Source: Azolla caroliniana (taxonomy: Eukaryota > Plantae > Polypodiophyta). From it: a stretch of DNA of 64,000 nucleotides. Below are positions 13,572 through 25,426 of the stretch, piece after piece. The notes beneath the pieces were generated by a model. That model worked only from the letters and a program-made list of their open reading frames with translations, made no database searches and was not told where the DNA came from. How positions within the stretch are numbered: the first letter of the stretch is position 1; every line of letters starts with the position of its first letter. Location: the NCBI GenBank assembly GCA_043228905.1, contig JBHGNT010000005.1, positions 10,602,001 through 10,666,000 of the forward strand. Direction: 5' to 3'. A program made the translations under genes and the position numbers.

Positions 13572-13906
13572 GATTACAATCGAAAGTTGTGGGCTTTCGT
13601 ACTAAAGTCGAAGGATCAGGTACTTTCGATATTCAAGGAGTCCCAAGCTAGAGCGGAAAGAGAGTCGGGCCAAAAGTTGAAGGTTGTCCAAACCGACGGC
13701 GGTGGCGAGTACAGATGACAGTTCAAAGAATACTACAAGGCCCAAGGTATTCAAGTCAAATACACAATACCTAAGACCCCTGAGTTGAATGGACTTGCAG
13801 AGAGGATGAATTGAGCGATAATGGAAAGAGTGATGAGCATGTTGCCGCATGCAAAGCTATCAAAATCATATTGGGTTGAGGCGATGTACATTGTTGTTTA
13901 TCTTAT
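13572..13906 (+). mobile_element. Host Copia integrase, right part
   Basis: (D)YNRKLWAFVLKSKDQV...TDGGGEY...TPELNGLAER continues the frame interrupted at 2635. Confidence 0.85.
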
Positions 13907-14074
13907 TGTTGAGAATCGAACTCAACTTCCCATAGAGATAGTGTTCACACTAGTCAGTGGACATGATACTAGGCTAGTTTTGTAATTAGTAGAAAGGGCA
14001 CTTGCCCTAGACCAGTTGGTATTTAAACCAACTCTTTGTAACTTAGTTATTGTTGGATGTAATATTTTTTTCCC

Positions 14075-17000
14075 TTGAATGCAGCTTCTTGTTCTAAGCT
14101 CTCTCTCTCATCCATGGAAATCCATGGACCACACAGGATTACAAGTCGAGCACATCATATATGCTCGAGAGTGCGTAGCCCCCTTTCTCACTCTAATCTT
14201 CAACTTCGCCCTCGCCGAGGGTTTTCCACCACAATGGACCATGAACACAGGGGACCCAATGGATCCAAATACATATAGGACCATTATGATAGGCCATACG
14301 CTCGCTAAACTATATGATGCGGTAATGGAAGCGGAGCTTAGCGATTATATGGAAACATTAAGTCTTCGAGCGCCTGAGCAAGCTGGCTTTAGATGAGCCA
14401 TCTCCACTATTGACCATATCTTCACACTTAGGTGCTTAATTGACCAGACGAAGGCTCGTAAGAAGAAACTATATTGTTGCTTTGTGGACTTCCACAAAGC
14501 CTTTGACACAGTTCTTAGGGAGAAGTTGTTTGATAAACTTAAGAGCTTGGAGATACCAAATGGCATGATCTAGGCCATTTATCCCCTATATGAGCAAGTC
14601 TCTGGGTGCGTAAGATGCCCAGGTGGCCTATCCGATTGTTTCACTCGCACCATTGGTGTAAAACAGGGTTGCCCCCTATCACCAACTCTTTTTGGGATCT
14701 ACATTGATGAGATCACTAATTTTATTGCTTGTAAGGGAGGCAAGGGAGTAGCTATTGGGGATACGCAAGTTAGTCTCTTACTCCACGCAGACGACATTGT
14801 CTTGCTCTCAGAGTCGGAACACGACCTACAAAAGCATCTTAATGCCCTAGATGACTTTTGTACACAACGAGGACTAGTAGTGAATCTCGTGAAAACTAAA
14901 GTCCTTAGCTTTCATACATCGTCCCTAGTTAGGAGTAAATGTCACCTAATCCTCTCTCATAAACTAGTTGAGGTAGTTGGATCATATGTATACTTGGGAG
15001 TCACTTTTAGTGCTTGCTCAGGTAAATTCTCGATGACCCAGGCAGCCAAAGATAGGCTAATGAGAGGGTATGCATCCCTCTCACTCTTAGAGAGACAATG
15101 CCACCAAGCATACTTTCAAGAACCACGGACTAAGGGATGGCTCTTCGACTCATTAGTGACCCCTTCCCTCATGTATGCATTAGTAATATGGGCTCCAGGT
15201 CTACCATCTTTCATGTGGACGCAATTAGAGAGACCTTTGGTGACGATGTTATCACGTCAACTCCGAAGCAAATCGACAGTACCACATGACATTATTAGAG
15301 TAGAGTTTAGTTTGCCCCCGATGTTAGTAGAAGCACTGTTTCTAGTGGTAGTTTTTATTCATCAGATACATAGCCAACCACAAGATAGGATGTCCCGTCG
15401 AGCCTTTGAGGCATTTCGATCCCTACATGCCTCTGGAGACACTAGCTCTTGGTATAGCACTGTGGTGAGTTGGTTACTTGTAAACGGCATAGACATTAAT
15501 AACCTACCCCCCTTAAGTACAACAATGGGACTGACCAAACTCTAATATCTCATGAAGACCATAATAAAGTGATACGCCGAGAAATATGGTAAATTTACAC
15601 TCGATATAAATGGACCACCCCACGAGAGACACTCCCATCTAAAATGTTGTACTATAAGGAACACTTCTTGCTCTTCTCTCAGTTAGGTTTTATTACACAA
15701 CCAAGATATCTAGATACATTCTTATCAAATGCACTAAGGATCGCCATTGGACAACTTAGGATATCATCTCACCAAGTTGAGATTGAGAATGGTCGGGCTA
15801 ATAAAGTCCCTAGGGAGGAAAGGCTATATAGGTTGTGCCACATAGAGATTGAGGATGAGTATCACTTCACATGCAAGTGCCCAACTTATGCCGAGATACG
15901 AGTGGAATACCAAGACATTTTAGGACCCTCTCCCACCCTCTCCAAACTATTAGATACCTCGGATGTAAAGAGACTAGGTAGGTATATCTTAGAGCTAAAA
16001 CAACATAGGGAGAATAAATTACAAAGTGTTAACCATAACCCTTTTACTATTCATCAACTTGTAACTAGTGTAATTTTTCAGGAACAAGGGGAGACGATGA
16101 ATACGGTTACACTTACGCCGCTCGGCCTCTCTCTTGAGGAAGCCGAAACGCAAAGAATAACCAAACGCCCTCGGATGTTGGGCTTCAAAACAAGTCAACA
16201 CAGAGTAGAAAGGATTAAAAAGATAAGGGAACGTGAGCTACGTTGTCGTGCCTTTCAGCTCTGGATCGTTGCGTGAGTCGGGTGGAACCGTTGGGGTTTT
16301 GGACTAGGAGAAAAGAAAATTCTAAGGCAATGAAGAATATGAAATATGTTGTAAGGAAGAAAGATATAAAAAACTCGTGAATCCCACGAGTATAGTGTAT
16401 TAGTGAGTACTCAGATTAAGAGAGAAAAATAGTTAGCCAATTCGTGAATCCCACGATTATATTATATTAATCCACCCTTGTAAAATAAGCAACAACCCCC
16501 CATACATCTTTCTCTCCTCCTTATATAAGGATGGAAGAGGCGAAGCATAGCTTCATGCTTTTTCTAAAGTGTTCATGCACACTAAATGTGCATGAGTTGC
16601 CTTTTTACACTATGCTTTTATTTCCTAAATATAGTGCTCATGCTCGCTAGATGTGCACGAGTCTTTTTTTTATTGGTGTACATTTTTCTTATAAATAAAG
16701 TATTCACGCATTCTAAAAAATGCATGACTTACCTTTTAATAAAGGTAGGCGTAAATAGAGGTCTTATATGTATTAAATCTACATTTAAAACAATTAGGAT
16801 AAGTTAGTACAATGGTAAGGTTAGGGTTTGTCTATGTGGAGGTATAGGGTTTGAATCTTGCCCTATGCTCTTAATAAATATTTTTAATATTTTATTTTAT
16901 TTATTATACCTACTTTAAATCGGATATAGTATTTTACATATTTTACGTAGTGTGTGATTCACACTATGACAACGTCAACTAGAAGCTATTGTTGCGATAC

Positions 17001-17266
17001 CTTTTACATTGGGGCCACAAGCCACATCCGCATCGAAACCCTTTGACCTCCTGCTTCTCTTCGAGAGACTTGGATGGAAATGAAATTAGGCCTAGTATAA
17101 CATCATTTTCATTGTAGAAAATGTTTGTTATTTTATTTTACTAGAACTATTTAGCTTAAAACTCTTTTTTTATTTTTTTTTATTTTTTATTTTCAATGAA
17201 TGGGTAAATATCCCTTTTTTGTTGTAAACCATTTGTCTCATGGGCCAATTTTGGCCTTAGAAGACG
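14075..17266 (+). mobile_element. 5'-truncated degenerate LINE (ORF2 RT plus C-terminal Cys/His domain), non-L1-like
   Basis: YRTIMIG, EQAGFR, CFVDFHKAFD, GVKQGCPLSP, HADDIVLL, YVYLGV, RISSHQVEIENGR..REERL..LC..EDEYHF..KCPTY. ORF resumes after the solo LTR (16972-17083). Ends approximate. Confidence 0.85.
16244..16971 (-). mobile_element. Solo LTR related to the LTR at 24854-25426, inserted in LINE ORF2
   Basis: TGTCGTG...TATGACA termini, 4-bp TSD ACGT (16240-43 and 16972-75), shared gg.ggaaccgt.gggg.t.tggac motif. LINE frame ...ERELR|QLEAIV... is restored. Confidence 0.85.
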
Positions 17267-17273
17267 TTAATAT

Positions 17274-17321
<48 letters not shown>

Positions 17322-19659
17322 AAGATTGCTTCTGTTGCATAGCACCACCTAGGTCTCTTCTTCTTTACATGGTATCAGAGCGTGTGGTTGTCTAATCAAA
17401 CTCACTCAACTCTGTTGTGATCACACCGACGATCAACAGAACCAGTTCAACCAACAAAGAAGAAATCGGCATCATGAACACTCTTATGGGAAGTGCTCTT
17501 CCTACAGAGAAGCTTGATAGAACAAACTTCGCATCTTGGGAGTACAAGATGCATCAGTACCTTGTCGAACAAGGTTACTGGAGCTATATAGAGGGAGCTC
17601 ACGAAACGCAACCCAAACCCATCACACACAGACTACCTAGCATGGGAACAGACCGCAAGGTGTGTGTTGCATTGCCTTGCATCATGTGTTCATGATCACA
17701 TGCTCGACTATATTCGAGAGTCAAAAACGTCGAAAGAAGCTTGGGGCAATCTCAAGAAGATTTTAGTGGCCAACACGACTACACATAAGCTCCAACTCCG
17801 ACAGGAGTTAAACAATATGCAATTGAGGGACATGTCGATCACCGGCCATACCTTGAAGATCACGGAGTTGTGCGATGCCCTCGAATCGATCAACTTCGTC
17901 ATCGACGACGACGAAATGGTGCAAATATGCCTCGGCGGTTTAGCACCGCAATTTGACACGATTAGATCAACCATTCTCGGAAGGGAGAATCCACCTTCTT
18001 TTTTCGACCTTCAGTCGATACTATTGGTGGAAGAAAATCATGCCCGACAAAGGAGCAATGCACCTAATGGTCAAATGTTCTACTCCCAGTCGGATGATAG
18101 AAGGGGATCGGGGCGATGAAATAGAGGTCGATTCGGCCGATGGCAACAGGGTTAGCCGACTCGAGAACATAACACCCACCATTGGCAAGTCGATAGGAGA
18201 AATTCTAGGGAGTTCGGTAGAAGGGGGAGCCATCCTGCCAGGCCGAGCCATCACAACAACCCGATCGAATGTGGGTACTGTGGAAAACTCAGCCACTACG
18301 AAGAGGAGTGTCGAAAGAAGCAATGAGGGCTTCGACCAATTGACAACTCACGAACTATGGCACGAATTCCGATTATGAAGATCATGGTGGGACATTCATA
18401 ATGAGGCATAAAGCGTATTCGATGTCGGCACACGGTCTGACTAGCAGCATTTCTCCAAACGATGTATGGTTTGTAGACTCTGGAGCATCCAATCACATGA
18501 TTCACACAAAGATTGGTTCCGAGAGTTGAGAAAGCCCGATTGACCCGGCTATGTCGAAACCAGAGACGACACAACTCACTCGATTTGGCATGTCGGAAAT
18601 GTCCCATTTGAGAACGACAGCAAACAAACCTACCTAAAGAATGTACTACATGTCCCAACAATCACGAAAAACCTGGTCTCGGTAGGCTAGATTGTCGAAC
18701 AAGGCATGCAAGTACGATTCAATAACGAAGGGTGCTTTATTGAGAAAGAAGGCCAACTAGTAGCTCATGGTCAAAGAGAAGGTCGTATGTTCATCCTCAA
18801 ATCGAACGAGGTGAAGTCATCTATGTTCATTAAAAGCCTCAAAGTCGAAACCGACTTGAAACTGTGGCGCAAGCGAATTGGCCACATCAATCTCCAAAAG
18901 CTTAACGGAATGCAGTCGAAAGGAGTCATGATCAGACTCCCAACATTTACCGAAAAGGAGATAGTTGGTGTATGTGAAGCCTGCCAATTTGGCAAACAAC
19001 ACTGACAACCATTCCCGAAACAGAGGAATGTGAGCAAAGGGATCCTGGATGTAGTAGATTCAGATGTGTGGGGAACAGCACAAACGACAACATTTGGTGG
19101 TTGTTGATATTATGTCTCGTTAATCAACAACTTCTCAAGGCTTGTTTGGATCTATCCTATGATGCAGAAGAGTGAAGTGTTTGGACACTTCCAAAGGTTC
19201 AAAAATGAACTTGAAAAAGCCACAAGTCGGCATGTCTGATGTCTTCGATCGGATGGAGGCAAGGAGTACTTCTCGGACGAATTTATGGCATACCTCCGAA
19301 CACATACCTCCGAACACAAGGAATTCGACGAGAATTTTCATGCTAGCACACACCTCAACAAAACGGAGTAGTCGAACGAAAGAATCGGCATATAGTAGAG
19401 GTAGCAAGGGGCATGATGAACAAAAAGAATCTGCCGAAATCGTACTGGGCAGAAGCTGCGAACACAGTTGTCTACCTCATGAATAGGTGTACAACCTTTG
19501 GGGTACACAATGTAACCCCTCATGAGAAGTTTTTCGGAAAGAAGCTGAATCTATCACATGTCTGGATATTCGGCTCGAACACCTACGTGCATATTCCCAA
19601 CGAGAAGCAACAGAAGCTCGACCTGAAGTCGGAGAAATGTATCCTCGTAGGGTACTCAC

Positions 19660-21330
19660 ACCCAACCCCTTGGCACCCATCAACGCTTGGTGACCACTAC
19701 GGTAACCCCCTTTGAAGGAGTCGAGGAATTACACGCGCAGCAGAAGTATGTAAGAGAGCGAATTGTACACGAAAATCAAGGTATGGTGTACATCTCATCT
19801 AGAAGAACATAAGTTAGAGATGGAAGGAAACATAAACACACTTTAGAGTGCTTTATAGATAGTGTTATAACTTAAACAAGAGATGATGGGGTGGAGAAAA
19901 AGATTGTCTTGAATCTAATGTCATGGCATCAAAGAAGTGCAGAGATTCGTCTGAAGGTTCTCCCGATCAAGTGAAAGACATGGCAAACATCTTGGCTCAG
20001 AACAAGGATAATTCAATTGATCGGGAGAGAAGGTTCAAGCAAACATTGGTGGCAAATTGAAGCAAAATCGCACGCAAAAAGCATTTTCAGACTCTCAAAA
20101 GAATTAAGGCAAGAAGCTTCTTTTCTTGATTGCAAGAGCAACGTCTTGTTGATCTCGGTATTGACCTTGACAATGTGAGTTGAGAGTTATCGAGTGCGAA
20201 AGTATCATAGAAATAAAATTGTGAAGAGAGAAAATGGCCATTTAAATATGTGTCAAGTCAAAAAAAATTGTAATCAAGAGAAGAAGAAACAAAAGAAAAA
20301 GAAGCATCTTGGCCGCACCATCACCATCGCCATGGTTGTTGTCACCAAGCTCTCTCACGCGCTGCCCAAGGGGGGATGGCGCAGCTGCTGGGGCAGGCTC
20401 CACTACTTCTCTCATATGAAGAACATAAAACCTAACTCTCATCACCTATTGTCTTCTTCCTCCTCCTCTTCTTGCCCCCCATCACTTCTAACTGAGGGCA
20501 AAATAATAACATTTCGAAATCCTGGGGGTACCAGACAAAATTTCAAAAATTCGAGGGTACATCATATCATTTTAAAAAACTCATAAAGATCGTCAAGGCG
20601 AAAAATGGACGAGATCAACAAACCTTTCATACAACAACTCACAATGGTCAAATGAAAAGAAGTCTAACAACTCACACGAAATGAAGGAATGAGGATACAA
20701 CACATCGTACACACACTCACTCACTCACAACGTTATATCAAGATCCGAAATATAGTGCCAAAGTTAAAACATTAGAGGATGTGCCAACCGAGGGAGTTCC
20801 GACCGAAGAGACATAAGAAGATCAAGGGCGTTCCGGTCAAACAAGTTCCAGTTGAAGGACCGATGAATATGGTATAACCTTGTGGGTTCAGCCTTGCAAG
20901 GCACACTATCCCACGAGTGTGCCAAGTGTTATATGTACGATTATACGTGGATGTGTACATAAGTGTGAGAGTCTTTGTATGTAGGCTTGTTGTAAGTGTA
21001 TGTGCACATGTGCACAACAATGAGTGTGAGCATGTTGGTATGTGTATGAACACATGCACATTTGTGTGCATGTGTGCAAATATGAAATAGTGCGGGTAAG
21101 TTGTGTGTGAATGGCTAGAGGGATATGTACCCCTACATATCTCGTTGTATCTTATTGATGTATGACCCTCATGTAACTATATAACCCCGTATAGGGAATG
21201 CATGAAAAGAAGAAGTTTCCTCTCTAAGTTACTTTTTGACTTTCTCTAAATTCCATCTCTCCCCCCCTCATGCCCAACCCCTCAAGAGGGGGGTGGAGCC
21301 ATTCTAGGCTCCACCCCCCACCCATCAACA
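19660..21330 (+). mobile_element. Putative non-autonomous LTR element: 5' LTR remnant 19660-19685, PBS-like TGGTGACCACTACGG 19688-19702, non-coding interior, 3' LTR ~20780-21330
   Basis: cccaacccct...cacccatcaac occurs at both 19661-19684 and 21273-21329. The LTR ends in CA. Confidence 0.5.
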
Positions 21331-21339
21331 AAGTGTTTT

Positions 21340-24300
21340 CAGAATATAAAGTGTCTATTTGATTTCTTGATTAAAAGTTTAATTGATTTCTCCTCATCCG
21401 AATATCCTTTTATCGGAATATCATCCAAGAATGGCATCGGGATGTCCGGGATGCAATCCTTCAAGACCTTGTTCATGGCATTCACCATATGAACCACCGA
21501 GTTCGTTGCACCTTGAGGCAAGGTACACATACGCACGAGCCCAATCGGAGTCCTCATGGTTGTAATGTCACGACTGTCCAACTGGAATTGGTCGTATCCA
21601 AAGTAGAGATCGCCAATGGAGTAGATGGATCGCCCCGCAAACGCTTCGGCAAATTCGTCCATGCTCGGACCGATTCCAGCATTCCGAATTGTCACCTTGT
21701 TGACATGTTGAAGATCTTGGATGAATCACAATGATCCATTCTTCTTCGGCACCGTGAACCACCTATTAGAATAAGGAGCATTCGACGGTTCCAGAATTCC
21801 CATATTCACCTTCTCCTTTAAGATCTCGATCAATTTCGGTAGGTGTGCTCTCGGAATCGGTTTCGGTTTCAAATTCCAAGGCACATGCGGCACCGTGAAG
21901 ATTACCATCGGCTCTATTGTCCTTGGATCAGCACATCTGATTTCTTGTGGGAAAAATGCGAAGGCGTTCCCATGTCTCTCAAGCATGTCGCGAAACATTT
22001 GCTCCTCTTCAAGGAGGAGGAAATTCTCCCTTCCAACTTGTAGCTTTCCTTTCGTCTCTTCGGTGAAGACATGACCTATTTGCCTTTGGATCTCTTAAGC
22101 TTGGATCGTTACCGACTTCCTTCATCTTTTGCCAGCTATCTTCCGATATCGGAACTGCAACTGGCTTGATCTTCCTATCCACCGTTTTATATTTTGTGTT
22201 GATGTCAGCTTCGTTCATCAAGATGCTTCGATGATATTCATCGATGATAGCGTACATGTTGATGGAGTTAACCGAAATCACATGTCGATCGTGAAGATAG
22301 CTCAAGTCCACGACGTCCTTGATTTCGCCGATGGTGTCGTTAAATGAGGCTTCTTCCATAATATGAGTCACGAACTCTTCTTCTTCTATTATGTTTTCTT
22401 CTTTCAGCATCTTCTCGAAGTCTTGTATCCAACGCTTGTCTTTCTTGTCGGGTAGTACTAGTTTACATGTGCCACTAGGTGTGACACATGTGGCTTCTCC
22501 TCGCAATCCACGCGCTCTACCTTCTTGTGGGGACTTGTGATCGCTCAGACTATTTGTGCCCCATGCATCAATAGTCCGCTCTAAAAATCCGAGGATTCGC
22601 CTCCAAGACTATCTCAATTTCTTTCATGATTAGCTCGCACCGTTAGGAATTGAACAGATCTTTGATTGTCAAGACTCTTGATTCACGCAAAAGCCGGGCT
22701 CCATTATCGAACAACTTGGTCTCCATTCGAGATGATGTGATATATGGTTGACCTAGGATGACAGGATGCGAAGCCGATTCTTGCACGAAGAAGTGTTGAT
22801 CAATCTCCACATCCCCGATCATGACTTTAACATTCAGACAAGCTCCGTACAAGTCTTCTGTCGCCTTTGTTGCCGCTCGAATCTTCCATCCGTGGTTTGT
22901 ATTAATTGGCCACCTTCCTTTTTTGTAGAACTCGGTTGACATGAGGTTGATCTCTGAGCCATGGTCGATCAAGGCTACCACGGTCTCATTCTTCTCCCCA
23001 ATCTTCACCGGTGTCTCCATTGTCACTCGTGCCCAATGAGGTCGAGTATAGTGGTTGTCCACCATATCTTCATCGACTTCATCCCTTGCCATCGTTATGG
23101 CATTTGTTTTTCCTTTTTGTGGCTTCTCTTCTTCCTCATTCGACTGTTGCCTTTTTCTCTTCACAAGGTCCACAATCGTATCATGGAACTCCTTCTTCGT
23201 AATACCGAGCAATTCCCTCAAGGACAAGGTCACGTGGCTATCAAGAACACATTCCTCAAGAATCTTCTTCAAACCTGTCATTTACTCTATGTCCGACCTT
23301 AGCTTATAGGTAGGCATAATTCTTGTCTTCCGAGCGGGGTGTTCAACACCAACCTTCACGGGTCAAACCGTTTCTTCGACTCGTTTGCTCGACTCCCCTT
23401 TCCGACTCGAGTCTCCTTCCTCCGTTTGTAACGCTCAACTCGTTTCTGCATCTTCTTTCTTTTTCATGTTCCTTGTTTCATGTCTTTTTGATGGGCTTTG
23501 CTCTTCTATTCTTTTTCTCTTTTCTTCGACGAACACCTCGTGGTTGTCGCACATCACTTCCGTGAGTATGGTGTTGTCATCCATCGGATCCGACCATCCG
23601 GTGATACTTTGTACACTTTGGTCCACAAGCCCTACCTCATTCAAAGTGACTTTTCCCTTCTTCTCATACTCGAGAACGGTAGACTAGAACTTTGCTCCCA
23701 CTTTCGCAGCTTCAGTTTTGTCTTTCCCAACTCTTATTCCGGCCAACGCAGCATAGTGCATCGCATCCACATGAGTCGCCTTGGCATCCTCCATAGCTTT
23801 CTTCATTCCCCCTCTTTCGAAATTCACTCACAGGGGTCTTCTAGACTCACTCGAGCAATTCATGTTGCCATCCATGTATAAGATATTTTGTCGAATGGCA
23901 TCTCGAAGGCTCGCGCAATCCCTTCTCATGTGGTCCATGCTATCGCACCACATGCATCTAAAGGGTTCTTTTCCTTTGGGGCCCCGACGATTAATGTTGG
24001 CTAGCGTGACCATCTCGCACTTCTTTGCTACTTCTTCGATGATGTCGTCATCAATCTTCTTTTCTTCCGGGCTGCTTTGTTTGGGCGGCTCAACTACTTT
24101 CGATTGTCTTGTTTTCTCCACGACATTCGATCCCGCCAAGCCAGTGTCATCAACCCACTGACAACGCTTGTCAAGCCTATTGCACGCCCGCTTCACCACA
24201 ATCCAGTCTGCCACAAGCCCGTTTGCTTGGGTATCATCTTCAAGAAGAGTCCCCAATTCTCGTCTATCCTTCATGTCCACAGCTTTCAAGAAGCACAAAG

Positions 24301-25426
24301 TCTTGTCCTCCTCAAACAGCAGTTGGTCCGTGGCGAGAAGACGACAAAACATTTGGTCGAACTCGTCGTACACCCTCGAAGCACTCATCCTCTTATTCTT
24401 CTTTTCTATCCACTTCATCAAGGCATGTCGAGTCATCCTCGACAAATCTTCCGTCACGAACTCCACTAATATCACTTTCTCGAACTCCGACAACATTTTC
24501 TTCCCTTCTTGAAGCTCGATGACGCACCTTTGGACGTTGTTGGCGACCACTCTCTTGAAACTTACGATTTGACGTGCTTCAGACACGTCCCTCTAATTCA
24601 TCTCCCTTCTATATGCATCAAGGAACTTTGTAATGTTCCTTCCGTCAAATTCACCCTCGAGCTCAACAACACGGTCGACAGCCTTCTCCACGCTCACATC
24701 GTTGTCCCGAGATCTCATCATTTGTTCGACGATTAGCATCATCCTTTCAAACTCTCCCGCTTGATTGCTTGAGGACGCCATCTCCAAGTATTAGTCGATC
24801 CTCGACTTGATCCTTCCTACCACCTCTTTCACATCGGGTTCACCACTTAATTATGTCGTGAAGATCCGTCACTACGTGCGGATCGTGAGGCGGAACCGTC
24901 GGGGTTCTGGACCGGAAGGATTCGAAGTTTGCACTAGCTTTAGCGAGAAAGTATTTAAGATAGATTGAGAGATATTGATATGACGAAAGAGAGATATTGA
25001 GATAAAGATTGAACTTTTAACTTTTAGATTTAAGAGAGAAGATACATCAACAATAGGATTACAAGTTTCTTATTTTTCCCAAATTTTTCATTAGTTTTTC
25101 ATTAGTTTTCTCGCTTGATTCCTCCACTCTTTTATAGATGCCCCCATGCATATGGTGCATGTGAGGGTGTAAGACATGCACGTAATACATGAAATGCTTC
25201 CAATGCATGTTTGCCATGTCATCATCTAAGCTCTCATGCATGGGAATTTACATGTGAAAGTATAGTGATGAAAATATAACTTCTAAAGAAATGGTTTGGC
25301 TTAATGGTAAGCCTATTGGCTCATAACTTGGAGGTGCAAGGTTCAAGCCTTGCTTATATGCCTTTTAAAGTACAAAATTACTATTAGGCTTTTGGTCTTG
25401 TATTTACACCGAAAATCTTTATGACA
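21340..25426 (-). mobile_element. Truncated Ty3/Gypsy element of the fungal-like 'LPQGATNS' (Ylt1-like) type: RT 21340-22050, protease 22643-23281, gag 23400-24787, tRNA-Trp PBS 24829-24845, 5' LTR 24854-25426
   Basis: PWNLKP.PIPRA, PYSNRWFTVPKKNG, DLYFGYDQ, LPQGATNS, FLDD; ALIDHGSEIN; CMWCDSMDH...C knuckle; PBS TGGTGAACCCGATGTGA. Confidence 0.85.
25290..25366 (+). other. tRNA-like (Met/CAT) Pol III A-box/B-box cassette inside a Gypsy LTR
   Basis: TGGCTTAATGGTAAGC (A box, D-stem GCTT/AAGC), loop CTCATAA, GCAAGG-TTCAAG-CCTTGC arm with B box GGTTCAAGCC, TTTT at 25363-66. Acceptor stem is poor. Confidence 0.6.

Larger units (their letters stand above)
13907..19660 (+). mobile_element. Truncated Copia element: 5' LTR (13907-~14070 plus ~17270-17369, split by a LINE), PBS 17370-17381, gag-PR-INT 17474-19660
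   Basis: TGTTGAGA start, ...TTACA followed by TGGTATCAGAGC. gag EKLDRTNFASWEYKMHQYL is the same family as 45110 and 46742. WFVDSGASNHM, SDGGKEY. Confidence 0.8.

Noticed and set aside
20194-20586. 130-aa ORF as a host gene
   Set aside because: Low-complexity K/S runs inside a TE-derived interval, with no domain evidence.
25290-25366. Functional tRNA-Met gene
   Set aside because: Acceptor and anticodon stems pair poorly and it lies inside an LTR; kept only as a tRNA-like cassette.
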